Below are positions 43,623 through 56,400 of a DNA stretch of 64,000 nucleotides, in pieces; positions within the stretch are counted from its first letter, which is position 1; each line of letters begins with the position of its first letter. Origin of the DNA: the human T2T-CHM13v2.0 reference genome, Homo sapiens; assembly GCF_009914755.1 (NCBI RefSeq), contig NC_060935.1; one strand, 5' to 3'. The position numbers and the translations under genes are program-made. The notes beneath the pieces were generated by a model. It searched no databases. It had not been told where the DNA came from and worked only from the letters and a program-made list of their open reading frames with translations.

Positions 43623-45988
43623 CTCCATACTCCATTCCTTATACACCATTCACCATCCTCCATTCTCCATAGGCTATTCTCCACTTTTCTTTCCCCATAT
43701 TCCATTCTCCATACATCACTACCTATTCTCCATTCTCCATCTCTATACTCCATTCTCCTTTCTTCATACTCTACTCTCATACATCATTCATCATTCTCCA
43801 TTTTGTATTTTCCATGCTTCGTTCTCCATACTCCATTTTGCTTTTGGCATTCTTCATTCTTCATACTGCTTTCTCCATACTCCATTCCCTATACTCCATT
43901 GCTCATTCTTCTCTCCTCATACTCCATTCTCTATACTCTATTCTTAATTCTCCTTTCTTCATATTCTCCATACACATCCTTCATTCTCCATTCTTTATAC
44001 TCCACTTTCCATTCTCCTTTATCCATACATCATACTTTTCCATACATTTTCCAATCTCCACAATTCATTCTTTTTTCTCTATACTCTATTCTCCATATTC
44101 CATCCTTTGTACTCCATACTGTATTCTCCCTTTTTCTTTCTTCATCCTCCATCCTCCATTCTTCTTTCTCCACACTGCATTTTCCATTCTCCTTTCTCCA
44201 AGCTCCATTCTCCATGCACCATTTTCCATTCTCCATTCTTCATACTTCACACTGCATACTCCATTCTCCACTCTTTGTCCTCCATACTCCTTTCTTCATA
44301 TGCCATTCTCCCTTCCCCCTTTTCCAATTCCGTCCTTTGTTCTCCAAACTCTGTACTCAGTTATTCTTTCTTCACATTTGATTCTTCATGCACCGATTTC
44401 CATTCTATATTTTCCATTCTCCATACACCATTCTCAACTTTCCATTTTCCATATTGTATGCTTCATTATTCTTTTCAATATTTCTCCATTCTCCATAAAC
44501 AATTCTCCATTCTGTGTGTACCATTCTCTATTCTTCATTTCTTTCTCCACACTCCATGCTCCCTAGTTCATAGTTCATAATCCATTCTCTATTCTTTTCT
44601 CTATACGTCATTCTCCATATCTCTTTCTCCATTTTCCATTCTCCACGCTCCATTCTCCTTTCTTTATTTTCCATTCTCCATACTCCATTATATGTTGTCC
44701 GTTTTCATTCTTCATTCTTTATTCTCTGTAGTCCATAGCCCATAAATCATCCCTCATTTTCCTTTCTCCACACTCCATATACATACCGTTCTCTATTCAC
44801 CATACTGCATACTCTGTACACTGTCCTCCATTCTCTTTTCTCCATACACCATACTTTTCACTTTATACTCCATTTCCACACATCTTTTTTATACACCATA
44901 GCCCATATTTCATACCACATTGTCCTTAATTTATTCTCTGTAGACCGTTATCTATCTATTCTACTCCATTCTCCAATTTTATTCTTTATTTTGTATACTT
45001 CTTTGTGCATGCATTTCTCGTACTGCATATGCCATTCTTCATACTCTATATTCTATTCTCCATATTCCATACTTCATATTCATTGTTCACACTCCACTCT
45101 CCATTCTCCATACACCATTTTCCTGCTCCAACTGCTTTCAATTCTTTGTTATTTATTTTCCATTTTCCATTCTTTATACTCCATACACCATTTTCCATAC
45201 TCCATAACCCACTTCATACTCTATTCTGCAGTAGTTCTCATACCCCATATTCAAAGTTATGGATTATGGATTACTGCCCCCATTGTGTGCAGATCCAGTG
45301 CTACCTGCCTTACCTTAGTTTCTGGGAACATCTACCATATATCAGGCCTTGCACTAGGCCTTCCTCTTGGACCATATATTGCTTCAGGTTCTCTGTGCAC
45401 ACATGCAGTACACACTTTGCACAATATTTATCATACTTGGTACTCCATTCTCCATACTCTATACTCCATACTTCATTCTCCATACTCAGTCTCCATATTC
45501 TGTACTTTTTCTCCATTCTCCATCCTCCAAGTTTCATACTTCATACACCTACCATCGTCCATATTCCACTCTCTATTCTCCATTTTCCATATTCCATTCC
45601 ATTCTCCATTTTCCATGCTCCAGGTATCATTCTCCATAATCTAGACCCCATTCCATTCTTTATTCTTCATACTCTATTCCTCATTCTTCATTTTCCATGC
45701 TCCACATTTTTTTCTCCATACTCCATACTTTATATTTTATTCTCTATTTGCTATAGTCCAAGCTATATTCCATTCTCCATACCCCCTCTCTATATTCTAT
45801 GTTCTTTATATTTCATCTCCTTTCTCCCTAGTCTATACGCTGTGCCCCATTCTTCATTGCCCTATCTCCATAGTTCATTATCTATTCTCTGTATTCTAGC
45901 TGTATATTTTTATCCCATTCTCTTTTCTCATGCTTCTTTGTCTATTCTCTGTCTTTCATACTCTGTACTCTTTTGTTTATATTCTACA

Positions 45989-46308
45989 CACATGCTCCTC
46001 AACTTACAATGGGGTAACATCTTGACCTCCATGGTAAATTGAAAATATTACAAGTCATAAATGCATTGAGTACACCTAATCTACTGTACATCATAGCTTA
46101 GCCCAGCCTACCTTAAACATGCTTAGAACACTTACATTAGCCTGGGTGACTAAGGGCTGTGACTCTCCATGGCTGCCCACTGTGATGATACAGTATTATA
46201 GGCCAGGAAAAATCAAAATTCAGTATGGTTTCTACTGACAGCCCATCGCTTTCACACCATTGTAAAATTGAAAAATAGTAAATGAAATCATAAGTCAGAA
46301 ATCAACTG
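45989..46308 (+). mobile_element. Tigger4-derived MITE (Tigger4a/b, MER46-type), copy 1
   Basis: atgctcctcaacttacaatgggg...tacacctaatctact...catagcttagcccagcctacc...ggtttctactga...aactg|ta. Confidence 0.85.
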
Positions 46309-46395
46309 TACTCCATTCTTTATTCTCTATACTCCATAATCCAGTCTTCATATTCTATACCTCATTCTCCATTCAACATAACATTCTCCACTCTA

Positions 46396-48744
46396 CAGGA
46401 ATGCCTCAAAGCTATTGCAGGTTCAGTTCCAGACCACAACAATAAAGCAAATATTGCAATAAAACAAGTAACACATTTTTTTTTGCTTCCCAGTGCATAT
46501 ATGCTTATACTATACTACAGTCTATTAAGTGTGCAATAGAATTATGTCTAAAAAACAATATATATACCTTAGCTTAAAAAAATTGTATCGCTAAAAAATG
46601 CTAATGATCATCTGAGCCTTCAAGGAGTCATGATCTTTTTGCTGGTGGAGGGTCTTGCCTAGTTATTGATGGCTGCTGGCTGATCAGGGTGGTGGTTGCT
46701 GAAGGATGGGGTGGCTGTGGCAATTTCTTAAAATAAGACAACAAGGAAGTTTGCCACATTGATCGGCTATTCCTTTTATGGAAGATTTCTCTGTAGCATG
46801 TGATGCTGTTTGATAGCATTTTAACCACAGTAGAATTTCTTTCAAAATTGGAATCAAGCCTCTCAAACCCTGCCACTGCCTTATCAACTAAGTTGACGCC
46901 ATATTCCAAATCCCTTGTTGTCATTTCAACAATATTCACTGCATCTTCTTTAGCAGGAGTAGATTCCATCTCAAGAAAGCACAATCTTTGCTCATCCCTA
47001 GAAACAACTCCTCATCTGATCAAATTTTATCATGAGGCTACAGCGATTTCATCATGTCTTTAGGCCCCACTGCTAGTTTTCTTGCCATTTCCATAATGTC
47101 TGCAATTACTTCATCCACTGAAGTCTTAAGCTCCTTAAAATCATCCATGAGTGAAATGGCTCCTTCCAATCTCCTGCTAATGTTGCTATTTTTACCTCCT
47201 CCTATGAATCACAAGTGTCCTTAATGCCATCTAGAATGGTGAATCCTTTTCAGAAGCCTCTCAATTTACTTTGCTCAGATTCAGATCCATCTGAGGAATC
47301 TCCGTCTATGGGACTGATAGCCTTACAAAGTATATTTCTTAAATAATATGATTTGAAAGTCAAAATTACTCTTTGATCCATGGGCTGCAGAATGGATGCT
47401 GTGTTAGCAGGCATGAAAACAACATCTGACTCCTGGTACATCTCCATCAGAGCTCTTGAGTGACCAGGTGCATTCTTAATGTATAGTAAAATTTTGAAAG
47501 GAATTTTTTTCTGAGCAGTAGTTCTCAAAAGTGGACCTCAAATATTGAGCAAATCATTCTCTAAACAGACGTGCTGTCATCCAGGCTTTGTTGTTCCACT
47601 GACAGAGCACAAGCAGAGTAGATTTAGCATAAAAATTCTTAAGGGCCCTAGAGTTTTTGGAATTGTGAATGTTGGCTTCACCAGCTCTATTAGCCATAAC
47701 AAAACAGTCAGCCTCTCATATGAAGCTTTGAAGCCAGGCATTGACTTCTCCTCTCTAGCTATGAAAGTCCTAGATGGGATCTCCTCCCCATAGAAGGCCA
47801 TTTCATCTACATTGAAAATCTGCTATTTAATGTAGTTACCTCCCTCAATGATCTTAGCTAGATCTTCTGGATAAGTTGCTGCAGCTCTTATATCAGCACT
47901 TACTGCTTCACTTTGTACTTTTATGTTATGGAGATGGCTTCCTCCCTTAAACTTCATGATCTAAGTTCTGCTATCTTCCAACTTTTCTTCTGCAGCTTCC
48001 TCACCCTTCACAGAATTGAGGAGAGTTAGGGCCTTGCTCTGAATAAGGCTTAAGGGAATGTTATGGGGGGTGTGATCTTTTATGCAGACCACTAAAATTT
48101 CTCCCTATCAGCAAAAGACTGTTTTGCTTCTTTGTTATTCGTGTGTTCATTGGAGTAGCATTTTTAATTCCCTTCAAGAACTTTTCCTTTACATCCGCAA
48201 TGTGACTAATTGGTGCAAAAGGCCTAGCTTTCACCTATCTTGGCTTTCAACAGGCCTTTCTCAGTAAGCGTAATCATGTCTAGTTTTTTATTTAAAGTGA
48301 GAGACATGAGACTCTTTTTGCATTTGAACACTCAGAGGCCATTGCTGGTTTATTAATTGGCCTAATTTCCATACTGTTGTGCCTCAGTGAATAGAGAGGC
48401 CTGAGGAGAGGGAGAGAGATGGGGGAATGGCCAGTTGGTAGAGCAGTCAGAGCACAAACAGCACATCAATTAAGTTCCCCATCTTATATGGGCATGGTTC
48501 AGAGCACCCCAAAACAATGATAATAGTAACCTCAAAGATCACTGATCACAGATTGCCATAAATGCTAAAATAATAAAGTGTGAAATATTTGAAGAATTTC
48601 CCAAATGTGACCCAGAGACACGAACTGAGCACACACTACTGGAAAAAATGGTACCAATAGACTTGCTGGACGCAGGGTTGCTACAAACCTTCAATTTGTA
48701 AAAAACACAATATTTGCAAAGCACGATAAAACCAGGTGTGGCTG
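46396..48744 (-). mobile_element. Tigger1, near full length, disrupted transposase
   Basis: Both TIR ends (ta|caggaatgcctc ... aggtgtggctg); ORF remnants KIPFKILLYIKNAPGH..VVFMPANTASILQPMDQ..FKSYYLRN, PSRTFIAREEKSMPGFKAS and [11 protein letters not shown]; frameshifts and stops. Confidence 0.95.
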
Positions 48745-49156
48745 TGCGTTCTCTATCCTCCATTCTCATTATCCATCTACGGTCTCCAGAATCCATACTC
48801 CATACCCCACATTGCATTCCCCATCACCATTCTGCGTTTTCTATACTCCATCCCGCAAACTCCAATTTCCATTTTCCACACATCATTTTCCATTCTCCAT
48901 CCCCCACACTCAGTACTTCATCCTTCATATTCTGTACTTCATTCCTTGTTTTCCGTTCTCCATGCTCTATGGTTCATACTCTATTCTTCATACTTCATAC
49001 TCCATACTCCATTCTTGACGCGCCATTCTCCATATTCTGCGCTCATTTTCCACATTCCTCTCCTTTTCATACTCCATTCTTCATTCTCCATACTCTGTTA
49101 TTAGATGCTACAGTTTCCCTTGTTCATTCTCCATACTTTTCTGTCCATATTCTATC

Positions 49157-49500
49157 CAGATGCTTCTGAGTTATGAGAGTTATGTCTTGATAAACACATC
49201 ATACGTGAAATACATTGTTTAAGTCCAAAATGCATTTAATACACCTAATCTACTGAAAATCATAGCTGAGCCCAGCCTGTCTGGAACATGCTCAGAGCAC
49301 TCACACTAGCCTGGCTGACTGGGGGCTGTGGCTCGCGGTTGCCCAGCAGCTTCATGAGACAATATTCTACTTCAGGTCACTAGCCTGGGAAAACGTCAAA
49401 ATTCCAGATTTGAAGTATGGCTTCTACTGAATGCACATCACTTTCACACCATTGTAAAAAAAAATTGTAAGTTGAACCATTGTAAGTCAGGGACTGACTG
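49157..49500 (+). mobile_element. Tigger4-derived MITE, copy 2
   Basis: cagatgcttc...aatgcatttaatacacctaatctactga...gttgaaccattgtaagtcagggactgactg|ta. Confidence 0.85.
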
Positions 49501-50879
49501 TACTCCGTTCTCTAATCTCCATTCTGCACGCTCCATTTTCCATGTGCTCCTCTCCATACTGCACACTTCTTTCTCTATTCCCCACTCTGCATCACTGTTC
49601 CCCATACAGCATGCTCCATGACCCACTCTTACGATGCATTCCACATTCTGTCCACCATACCCTACCTCACGCTCCACCCTCCATTCTCAATTCTCCATCC
49701 TCCTTACACCAAACTCCATCTCTACTCCCTTTTTCATTCTCCATGCTCCATTCTTCATTCTCCATGCTCCATCCTCTCAACCCCATTTGCTACCTCTATC
49801 ATCCATTCTCCACTCTCCATTCTCCATACTCACTCCATTTTCCATACATCTTCCATGTTCCAGGCTGCTACAGCATTCTTCAGACTTCATTCTCCATCCT
49901 CCATTCTTCATCTTGTATACTCTGCCTCCACATTCAGTCTTTTCTTTATACTCCATTTCCCATTCTCCTCACTTCACTCTCAATGTTCCATGCTCCATTC
50001 TCCATCCTTTATAGCCAGTGCTCCATTCTCCATGTTCTCTTCCCCATTCTTCATGCCCACTGTCTATTCTGCTTACTCCATTCTCCATGTCCCATATGTC
50101 CCCATGCTTCACACTGTGTACCCCACACTCCATTCTTTCTGTTCCATCCTTCACACACCATTATGTCCACTCACACCCCTCTCTCCTGGAGGCTTTTCTA
50201 TCTTTCTTCTTGTCTCTGACTTCCAGCAGCCCCCTCCACCATCCTGTCCCACTAGGGACCTGGCCTTTCAGTTGTCTCGGTGCACATCACGCCCTGCCCC
50301 ATGCCCACCAACACGTGCTGTGCCCACCAACCTCTGTGCCTATCCCATGAAATCGCTCCTTTCCCTCAATGTTGGGTGGAAACTCCCCATGCTCCTTCAA
50401 AGTTCACCCGTCCATTGGAGAGCAGGTTCCTGCCCCAGCTCAGGATATCGCGGCAGGAGGAACGTTCTCACAGGCCCCTCTCCTGGGTTAACCTGACTCT
50501 GCCTCAGCCTCTCCTTCTAGGAGACCTCAACCTGCAACAGCCCAAACCTTCCCCTAAGGAAGAAATGATAACAGTTGCTAGTGAGTTTGGAGTCTTCCTT
50601 CACTCACCAAATCCCAAAAGGATATGATCTGAAAGTCAAAATTAGGAGGACAGTGAAAGAGCCATGCAGCTATCCGGGAAAAGATCCCCTTTCAGGGTCC
50701 TTCCAACGTCCTGATGAAGGATATTCCTTTCATCTGAAAACCAGCAAACACACGGGCCACCCAGACGATTCCTCCACTGTGTCTCCACTTGACCCCAGCC
50801 TGTCCTCTCCTTAACACACCCCAAGCTCAGCAGTGACCCCCTCAAGGCACTCCACCCAAGGTCCTGGCTCAGGACCCCC

Positions 50880-51790
50880 TTACCTGAATAATCGTTCACA
50901 TCCGGCACCTCCCTGGGTCACTTTCTCTCCTTGAGCTATTGCCTACACCTTGCCCCAGGCGGCAGGACCCTCCTGGGTGTATCCCACCATCTGGGCGTTT
51001 TAGTCTGTGCTTCATTGCTCAGCGTCCTCATCTTCCTCTCTTTTCCATGCTGCGGGGCCTGGCTTGGTCCCTTTCCATCCACATTCGCAGACTTGGTGAC
51101 CTCTCTGCTTATGACCACATGGACTGCCTCTGTGCCGACTCTCGTGCCCAGGCTCCATTGCAGACCCAGATAGTTGCGTGCAACCTTGAGGTTCCCATTC
51201 ACTCTTGTCTGACAAGTTTTTCCATCAGAACCAGGCCAATGCCAGCTTCCCTCCTCCCTCCTGCTCCCACCTCATCTCCGCATCTGATTCCTGCACAGAT
51301 GTCTGGGCACCAGGCTTGCCTCGTCTTTCTCCGACTCCCCAACCTCGCATCTGTTGGAGGCACCCAGAATCCTACCACCCTCAGAACTCCACATCCCCCA
51401 CCCCAGTCCAAGCCACCATTTTGGCTCCTGGATTACAAAACCAATGTCCTCAGTGATCCTCCTGCTTTTGCCCTGGCCTCCTTCCAACCACTCTCCACAC
51501 AGCGGCTGGGGGTGGAATGATCTTGTTACAACATAAGACAGACCCGTCCCTCTTCTGCTCAGAGCCCTGCATCAGCCCTGCCTCGCTCAGAGTAAAGTTT
51601 TAAGTGCTTGCAGTGCCTGACTAAGACCCACAGGTCTGGCCTGGAATCCCTCTAGCCACCTGGTTGCACATTTGTTCAGCCAACTCCAGCCTTCCTATTC
51701 CCCTTGCTGTTCCCTGACTGTACCCAATGAGGTCATGCCCCAGGGCCTTTGCACTTGCTGTCCATGCTGCCTGGGGCTGTGTTTTCTCGG
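50880..51790 (+). mobile_element. L2 (L2a-like) 3' fragment
   Basis: ctccacacagc, ctgctcagagccctgc, ctcagagtaaa and cagggcctttgcacttgctgt..tgcctgg occur in L2 order; left boundary uncertain. Confidence 0.7.
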
Positions 51791-53143
51791 GTCGCTGCAG
51801 AGCTTTTTCTCCCCTGACCTTGCATTAAATCAGGATTTGGTGAGTGAATGAAGACTCTGGCCTCGTTAGAAACGATTATCATTTCTCTGTCAGGAGGAGG
51901 ATTAAAAAGCCAAAATTTGGGTTGTTGCGAGCTGAGTTCTCAGAGGAGAAGATGCTGAGATGGAGTCGGATGAGCACAAGGTGCGCTGGGAGGACACCTA
52001 TGAAAATACAGACATGGCTGCAGGATGGGGCAGAGGCAGCCCCCAAGTCCCAGTGTCCCCTGCGAAGGGCTCTGCCAAGCTAAGGGACCACAGGAGCAAG
52101 GGTCGGGCATCAGGAGAGTGTCCCTTGGGTGGAAGTGGCTGGGCCCTTGTACCGCTGCCTGGCTAAGTCCTTGGCCAGGGGAACCCCAAGAACAGCCTGA
52201 TGTTGGCACGAAAGCCGAGGTGGATTCTGGAGACTCTGGACACTCGAGCATCAGTTGTCTTCACTCCTCGCAGTGGGCAGGGAGCCCTTTCTCCATGCAG
52301 CTCTGCATGACACCCCTGTGCTGCGTCATCCACTTCCCTACACATGATGCAAGAGCAGCTCACAGGGCCCTGGGAACAGGGCTCCTGGGACAAACCACAG
52401 CCCCCGCTCACTGGAGCTCCTCTGGGGCTGTGAGCAGCACTTACCATCTCCCTCTTCCTCCACCCAGTCTGCACTCCCCTCACCTCTCACCTGCATGGTC
52501 TGGCCCCAGCACAGGCCCTTCTTGGGCCAGGGCCACTTTACTTGTCCATTCATGGTCCACCTAGCCAAGGAGTACAAGGGGCACATGAACGGGTCCCCTG
52601 CAGTCTGCCCGTGTCTCTCCCAGGCCACACTGGGCTGCCGCAGCCCTGCCTCCTCCTGCCGGCCAGGGTCAGTTGACCCCAACGAGGTGCCATCTCCTCT
52701 TCTTGCTGGTCCTTGGACATAGGAATCCAAAGGGCCCAGGTGGCAGACAGACCTTGAAGTTCAAGGACACCCTCTCTGCACCCTTGCCAGGGTTCTCCTT
52801 CAGGCACAGGGGCCTCCAATGCCGCAGAGCCAGGCATTAAGGACACAGGAAACAGGAGGTCCCCATGGAGCACTGGGAATGATGGGAAGCGGGGCCACCC
52901 CGACAACCACCCCCGTTCTCAGCATCATATGCACGTCTCCTGTTGGGGACACAGGGCTGCATGAAGCTCCCTGGTGCATGCTGAGACTTGTCTCTGAGCT
53001 GGTGCTCCTGCTGCACCCCAGATGGGCATTCCAGCTTCCCAAGCCCTGGTACTGGGCTGTGGTCGGGCCTCCTCCGAGACAGGCCCCACTCATAGCTGCA
53101 GCTTCCCTGTTGCCCAGAGTATGGCCCAGGGCAATATTCCCTG

Positions 53144-53441
53144 GAGTGGGGCCACTGACTCCCCACATTCTCAAGAATCGGGGCCACTGACTCCCCACAT
53201 TCCCAAGAGTGGGGGCCGCTGACTCTCCACATCCCCAAGAGTGGGGTCCACTTTCTCTCCACATCCCCAAGAATGGGGGCCACTGTCTCCACATCCCCAA
53301 GAGTGGGGGCCACTGACTCTCCACATTCCCAGGAGTGGGGGCCGCTGTCTCTCCACGTTCCATGGAGTGGGGTGCACTGTTTATTCCATTCCTGGGAGTA
53401 GGCGACACTGTCTCCCCACATTTCCAGGAGTAGGGGGCACT
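53144..53441. repeat. ~32-bp minisatellite, ~9.5 copies
   Basis: Unit gagtgggggccactgactctccacat(t/c)cccaa. Confidence 0.93.
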
Positions 53442-54030
53442 TTCTTTGAAAAGCAAAGAGGCCTAGCCAGCTTTGTGCCTCCTTTGTCACAGGGGAGACA
53501 CGTGCAGCCATGTGTCTTTTATTTCGACGTGCAAACATGCCCCTGAACCTGGGCCTCTGAGAACTTTCCTGCAGGTCTGGCCCCTGGATCTTTGCAGGGC
53601 TTACCACACGTCCTCCTGAGCACATCCTAAGGAAGACCCCAGTGCGTCCGCTACCCCCACTCATCCTGCTGGCTCCCTGTTAAGTCATTCATGTTCAATT
53701 AATGATCCATTGACTCAATGGGCTGTACTGCAGATGTCAGGATGTCTAGATCTCTTCTATCTTTTTTTTTGAAATTGTGATAAAATATACAAATCACAAA
53801 GTTTACCATCTTAACCATTTTAAGTGTATAGTTCAGTGGCATTAAATACATTTATATTGGTGCCATCGCCACCATCCGTCTCCAGAACTTTCTCATCTTC
53901 CCAAGCATGGGGAGGGGCACGTTTGGATGTGTAAATCAAAGACACACGCTGCATGTGTCTCCCCTGTGACAAAGGAGAAGGCACAAAGCCAGCGAGGCCT
54001 CTTTGCTTCTGAAAGACAGCGCCCCCTACT
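53429..54030. repeat. Inverted duplication: 53429-53544 vs 53913-54030
   Basis: gcaaagaggcct...tttgtcacaggggagacac vs its reverse complement gtgtctcccctgtgacaaa...aggcctctttgc. Confidence 0.92.
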
Positions 54031-54845
54031 GAAACTGTCTCCATTACACAACAGTTCCCGCGTCCCCCCACCCAGCCCTTGGCCACCATCATTCAGTCAT
54101 AGCTATGAGGGTCAAATTCTACTCTAAGGACCTCATAAAACTGGAATTAGACATCTGTCCTTTTGCAACCGGCTTATCTCACTGAGCATCAAGTCCTCAA
54201 GGTTCACCCACGTCGTCGCCTGTGTCAGAATTTCCTTCCTGAACATGGCTGAATAATATTCCACAGCATGGATGGACCACATTTTGTATATTCATTTGTC
54301 TCTCAATAGATACTTGAGTTACCTTCACCTTTTGGCTGTTGTGAATAATGCTGCTGTGAACATGTGTAGACAAGCATCTCTTTGTGTCTCAGCTTTCGTC
54401 TCTTTTGGGCATAGAATCAGAAGCGGGATTGCTGGGTCGTATGGGAATTCTATCTTTAATGTTGTGAGGAGCCACCATAGTGTTCTCCAGCGCAGCTGCA
54501 TCATTCTACACTCTCACCAGCAGTGCCCGGGGGTTCCAACATTGCCACGTCCTTGCCTTATTATTTTCGGGGTTTCTTAGCGGCCATCCTAGTGGGTGAG
54601 AGGCAGTATCTCGTTCTATTTCCCTGATGATTACTGATGTTCGGCGTCTTTTCATGTGCTTATTGGCCATTTGTATATCTTTTTTGGAGAAAAGCTTCTT
54701 CAAGTCCTCTGTCAGATTTTTGGACTGGGTTATTTTGTAGTTGTCATTGTTGAGTGGTTCTTTGTATGTGCTAGGTATTAGCTCTAGCATATATATGGTT
54801 TGCAAATATTTTCTCCCATTTCATAGGTTACCTTTTCATTTCTTC
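53762..54845 (-). mobile_element. L1MB-like 3' fragment, interrupted at 53905-54027
   Basis: tttaccatcttaaccattttaagtgtatagttcagtggcatt 3'UTR; ORF2 remnant FSKKDIQMANKHMKR. Confidence 0.88.
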
Positions 54846-55084
54846 AACCTTTTAACAGATCATGGAAGAGGTCCCAGGAGCACAGAGCCACACCATCCAT
54901 TCCATGGGAGTGGGAACTAGAGCTGACAGCTTTCATCAGCCAAGCCTGCAACACACCCACAAATCATAGTCACACACTGCACACCTGAGGCTTTGGCAAA
55001 AACACCGCATCCAGCACATCGGTTGTGACCAGAGACAGGACCACATTGAGCCTGCAGGAGTCATGTCCATTTTCCAGAATCTAT

Positions 55085-55520
55085 CCCATCTATTCACCTT
55101 CCACAAGGACCAGACCAGTGAATGAACACACAGACACACACACACACACACACGCACACGCACAAGAGAGAGAGATGAAAGCAATTGGCTCCCATGATCT
55201 GTCCCGTCTGCAAGCTGAGACCCGGGAGAGCCGGTGGAGTAAATCGCAGTCCGAGGGCAGGAGATGAGATAAGACATCCCAGCTCAAGCAGTGACGCAAG
55301 AAAAAGAGGGCAGATTCTTCTTCCCCTGCCTTTCTGTTCTATTCAGGTTCACACTGGATGGGAGGAGGCCCCCACGCTGGGGAGGGCATCTGCCTTCCTG
55401 AGTCCACCAATCCCAATACTCATCTCACCCAGAATCAACCTCGCAGACATGCCTGGATCAAGGTTTAATCTGGGCACCCTGTGGCCCAGTTAAGTGAACA
55501 CATAGAAATAATTCGTCACA
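55085..55520 (-). mobile_element. MLT2B-like LTR with internal (CA)n(GA)n
   Basis: gatgagataagacatcccagctcaagcagtga...tgttctattcagg...gtggcccagttaagtgaacacata..aattcgtcaca. Confidence 0.75.
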
Positions 55521-55559
55521 CCAGAGATCTTGATGGTGCATACAAACATCCACTGTCCT

Positions 55560-56400
55560 CGCCGAGATGCGATTGTGTTTCTGATTTATTATCTTGACCG
55601 AGGATGCTTTCAGTGACCTACACTTGACCTCCTCACTTCACTTATGGTAGCTTTCACCTCACAGGCCAAGGACGTATTTATGGGGATTACTGTAACTGCC
55701 AAATATCTCAATCCCAATGGAATATTCAGAGACTGTAAAAATGACCACTGGATGGGGTCATGAACCCTGCCTGAGGGCCCATTCTAAGTTTGGCAGGGAC
55801 ACCATTCACTTCTTGACCCATGAGGCTCCTCTCTAACAGAAGACGATGATAACGTTTCAGGTCTTGTTTGTTTGTTTTGCGAGACAAGGTCTTGCTACGT
55901 TGCCCAGGCTGGAGTGCGGTGGCATGATCATGGCTCACTGCAGCCTCAAACCCCTGGGCTCAAATGATCCTCCTGCCTCACCTGGGACCCCAGGTGTGCA
56001 CCACCATGCCTGGCTAATTTCTCTTAATTTTTCTTTGTTTGTCTCTCTACAAAAGGGTGTCTCTCTACAAAAAAAGAAAAATTAAGAGAAATTAGCCAGG
56101 CGTGGTGATGCACAGGCTGGTCATCTCCTGGGTGCAAGCGATTCCTCCTTGGCCTCCCAAAGTGCTGTGATAACAGGCATGAACCAGTGTGCCCAGCCAC
56201 CCTCCAGGTCTTTAGATGCCAGCGTCAACTCAGAGCCTGTGTCCATCGGTCCTACAATGTGAGGGGTCTCTGTGCCAGAGTGCTCAGCCCTGTGAGTAAA
56301 TGCCACGTTCCTTTGCGAGAACATTCCAGCAAATGCTGGCAGTGGTGTTGCTGGGCCTTCCCTCTGCAGACCTTGGCTGCGTCTTCAAGCAACAGGCTCT
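55560..56400 (-). mobile_element. ERVL internal remnant (protease region), split by AluJ
   Basis: ORF 56121..56324 contains DTGSELTL, matching the ERVL protease motif LDTGSELTL. Confidence 0.65.
55865..56198 (-). mobile_element. AluJ with internal fold-back inverted duplication
   Basis: J-type catggctcactgcagcctcaa; 42-bp inverted arms at 55995-56036 and 56073-56114. Confidence 0.88.

Noticed and set aside
46628-47801. Domesticated TIGD1-like transposase gene
   Set aside because: Split across frames with stops and deletions; the catalytic-motif Asp is replaced
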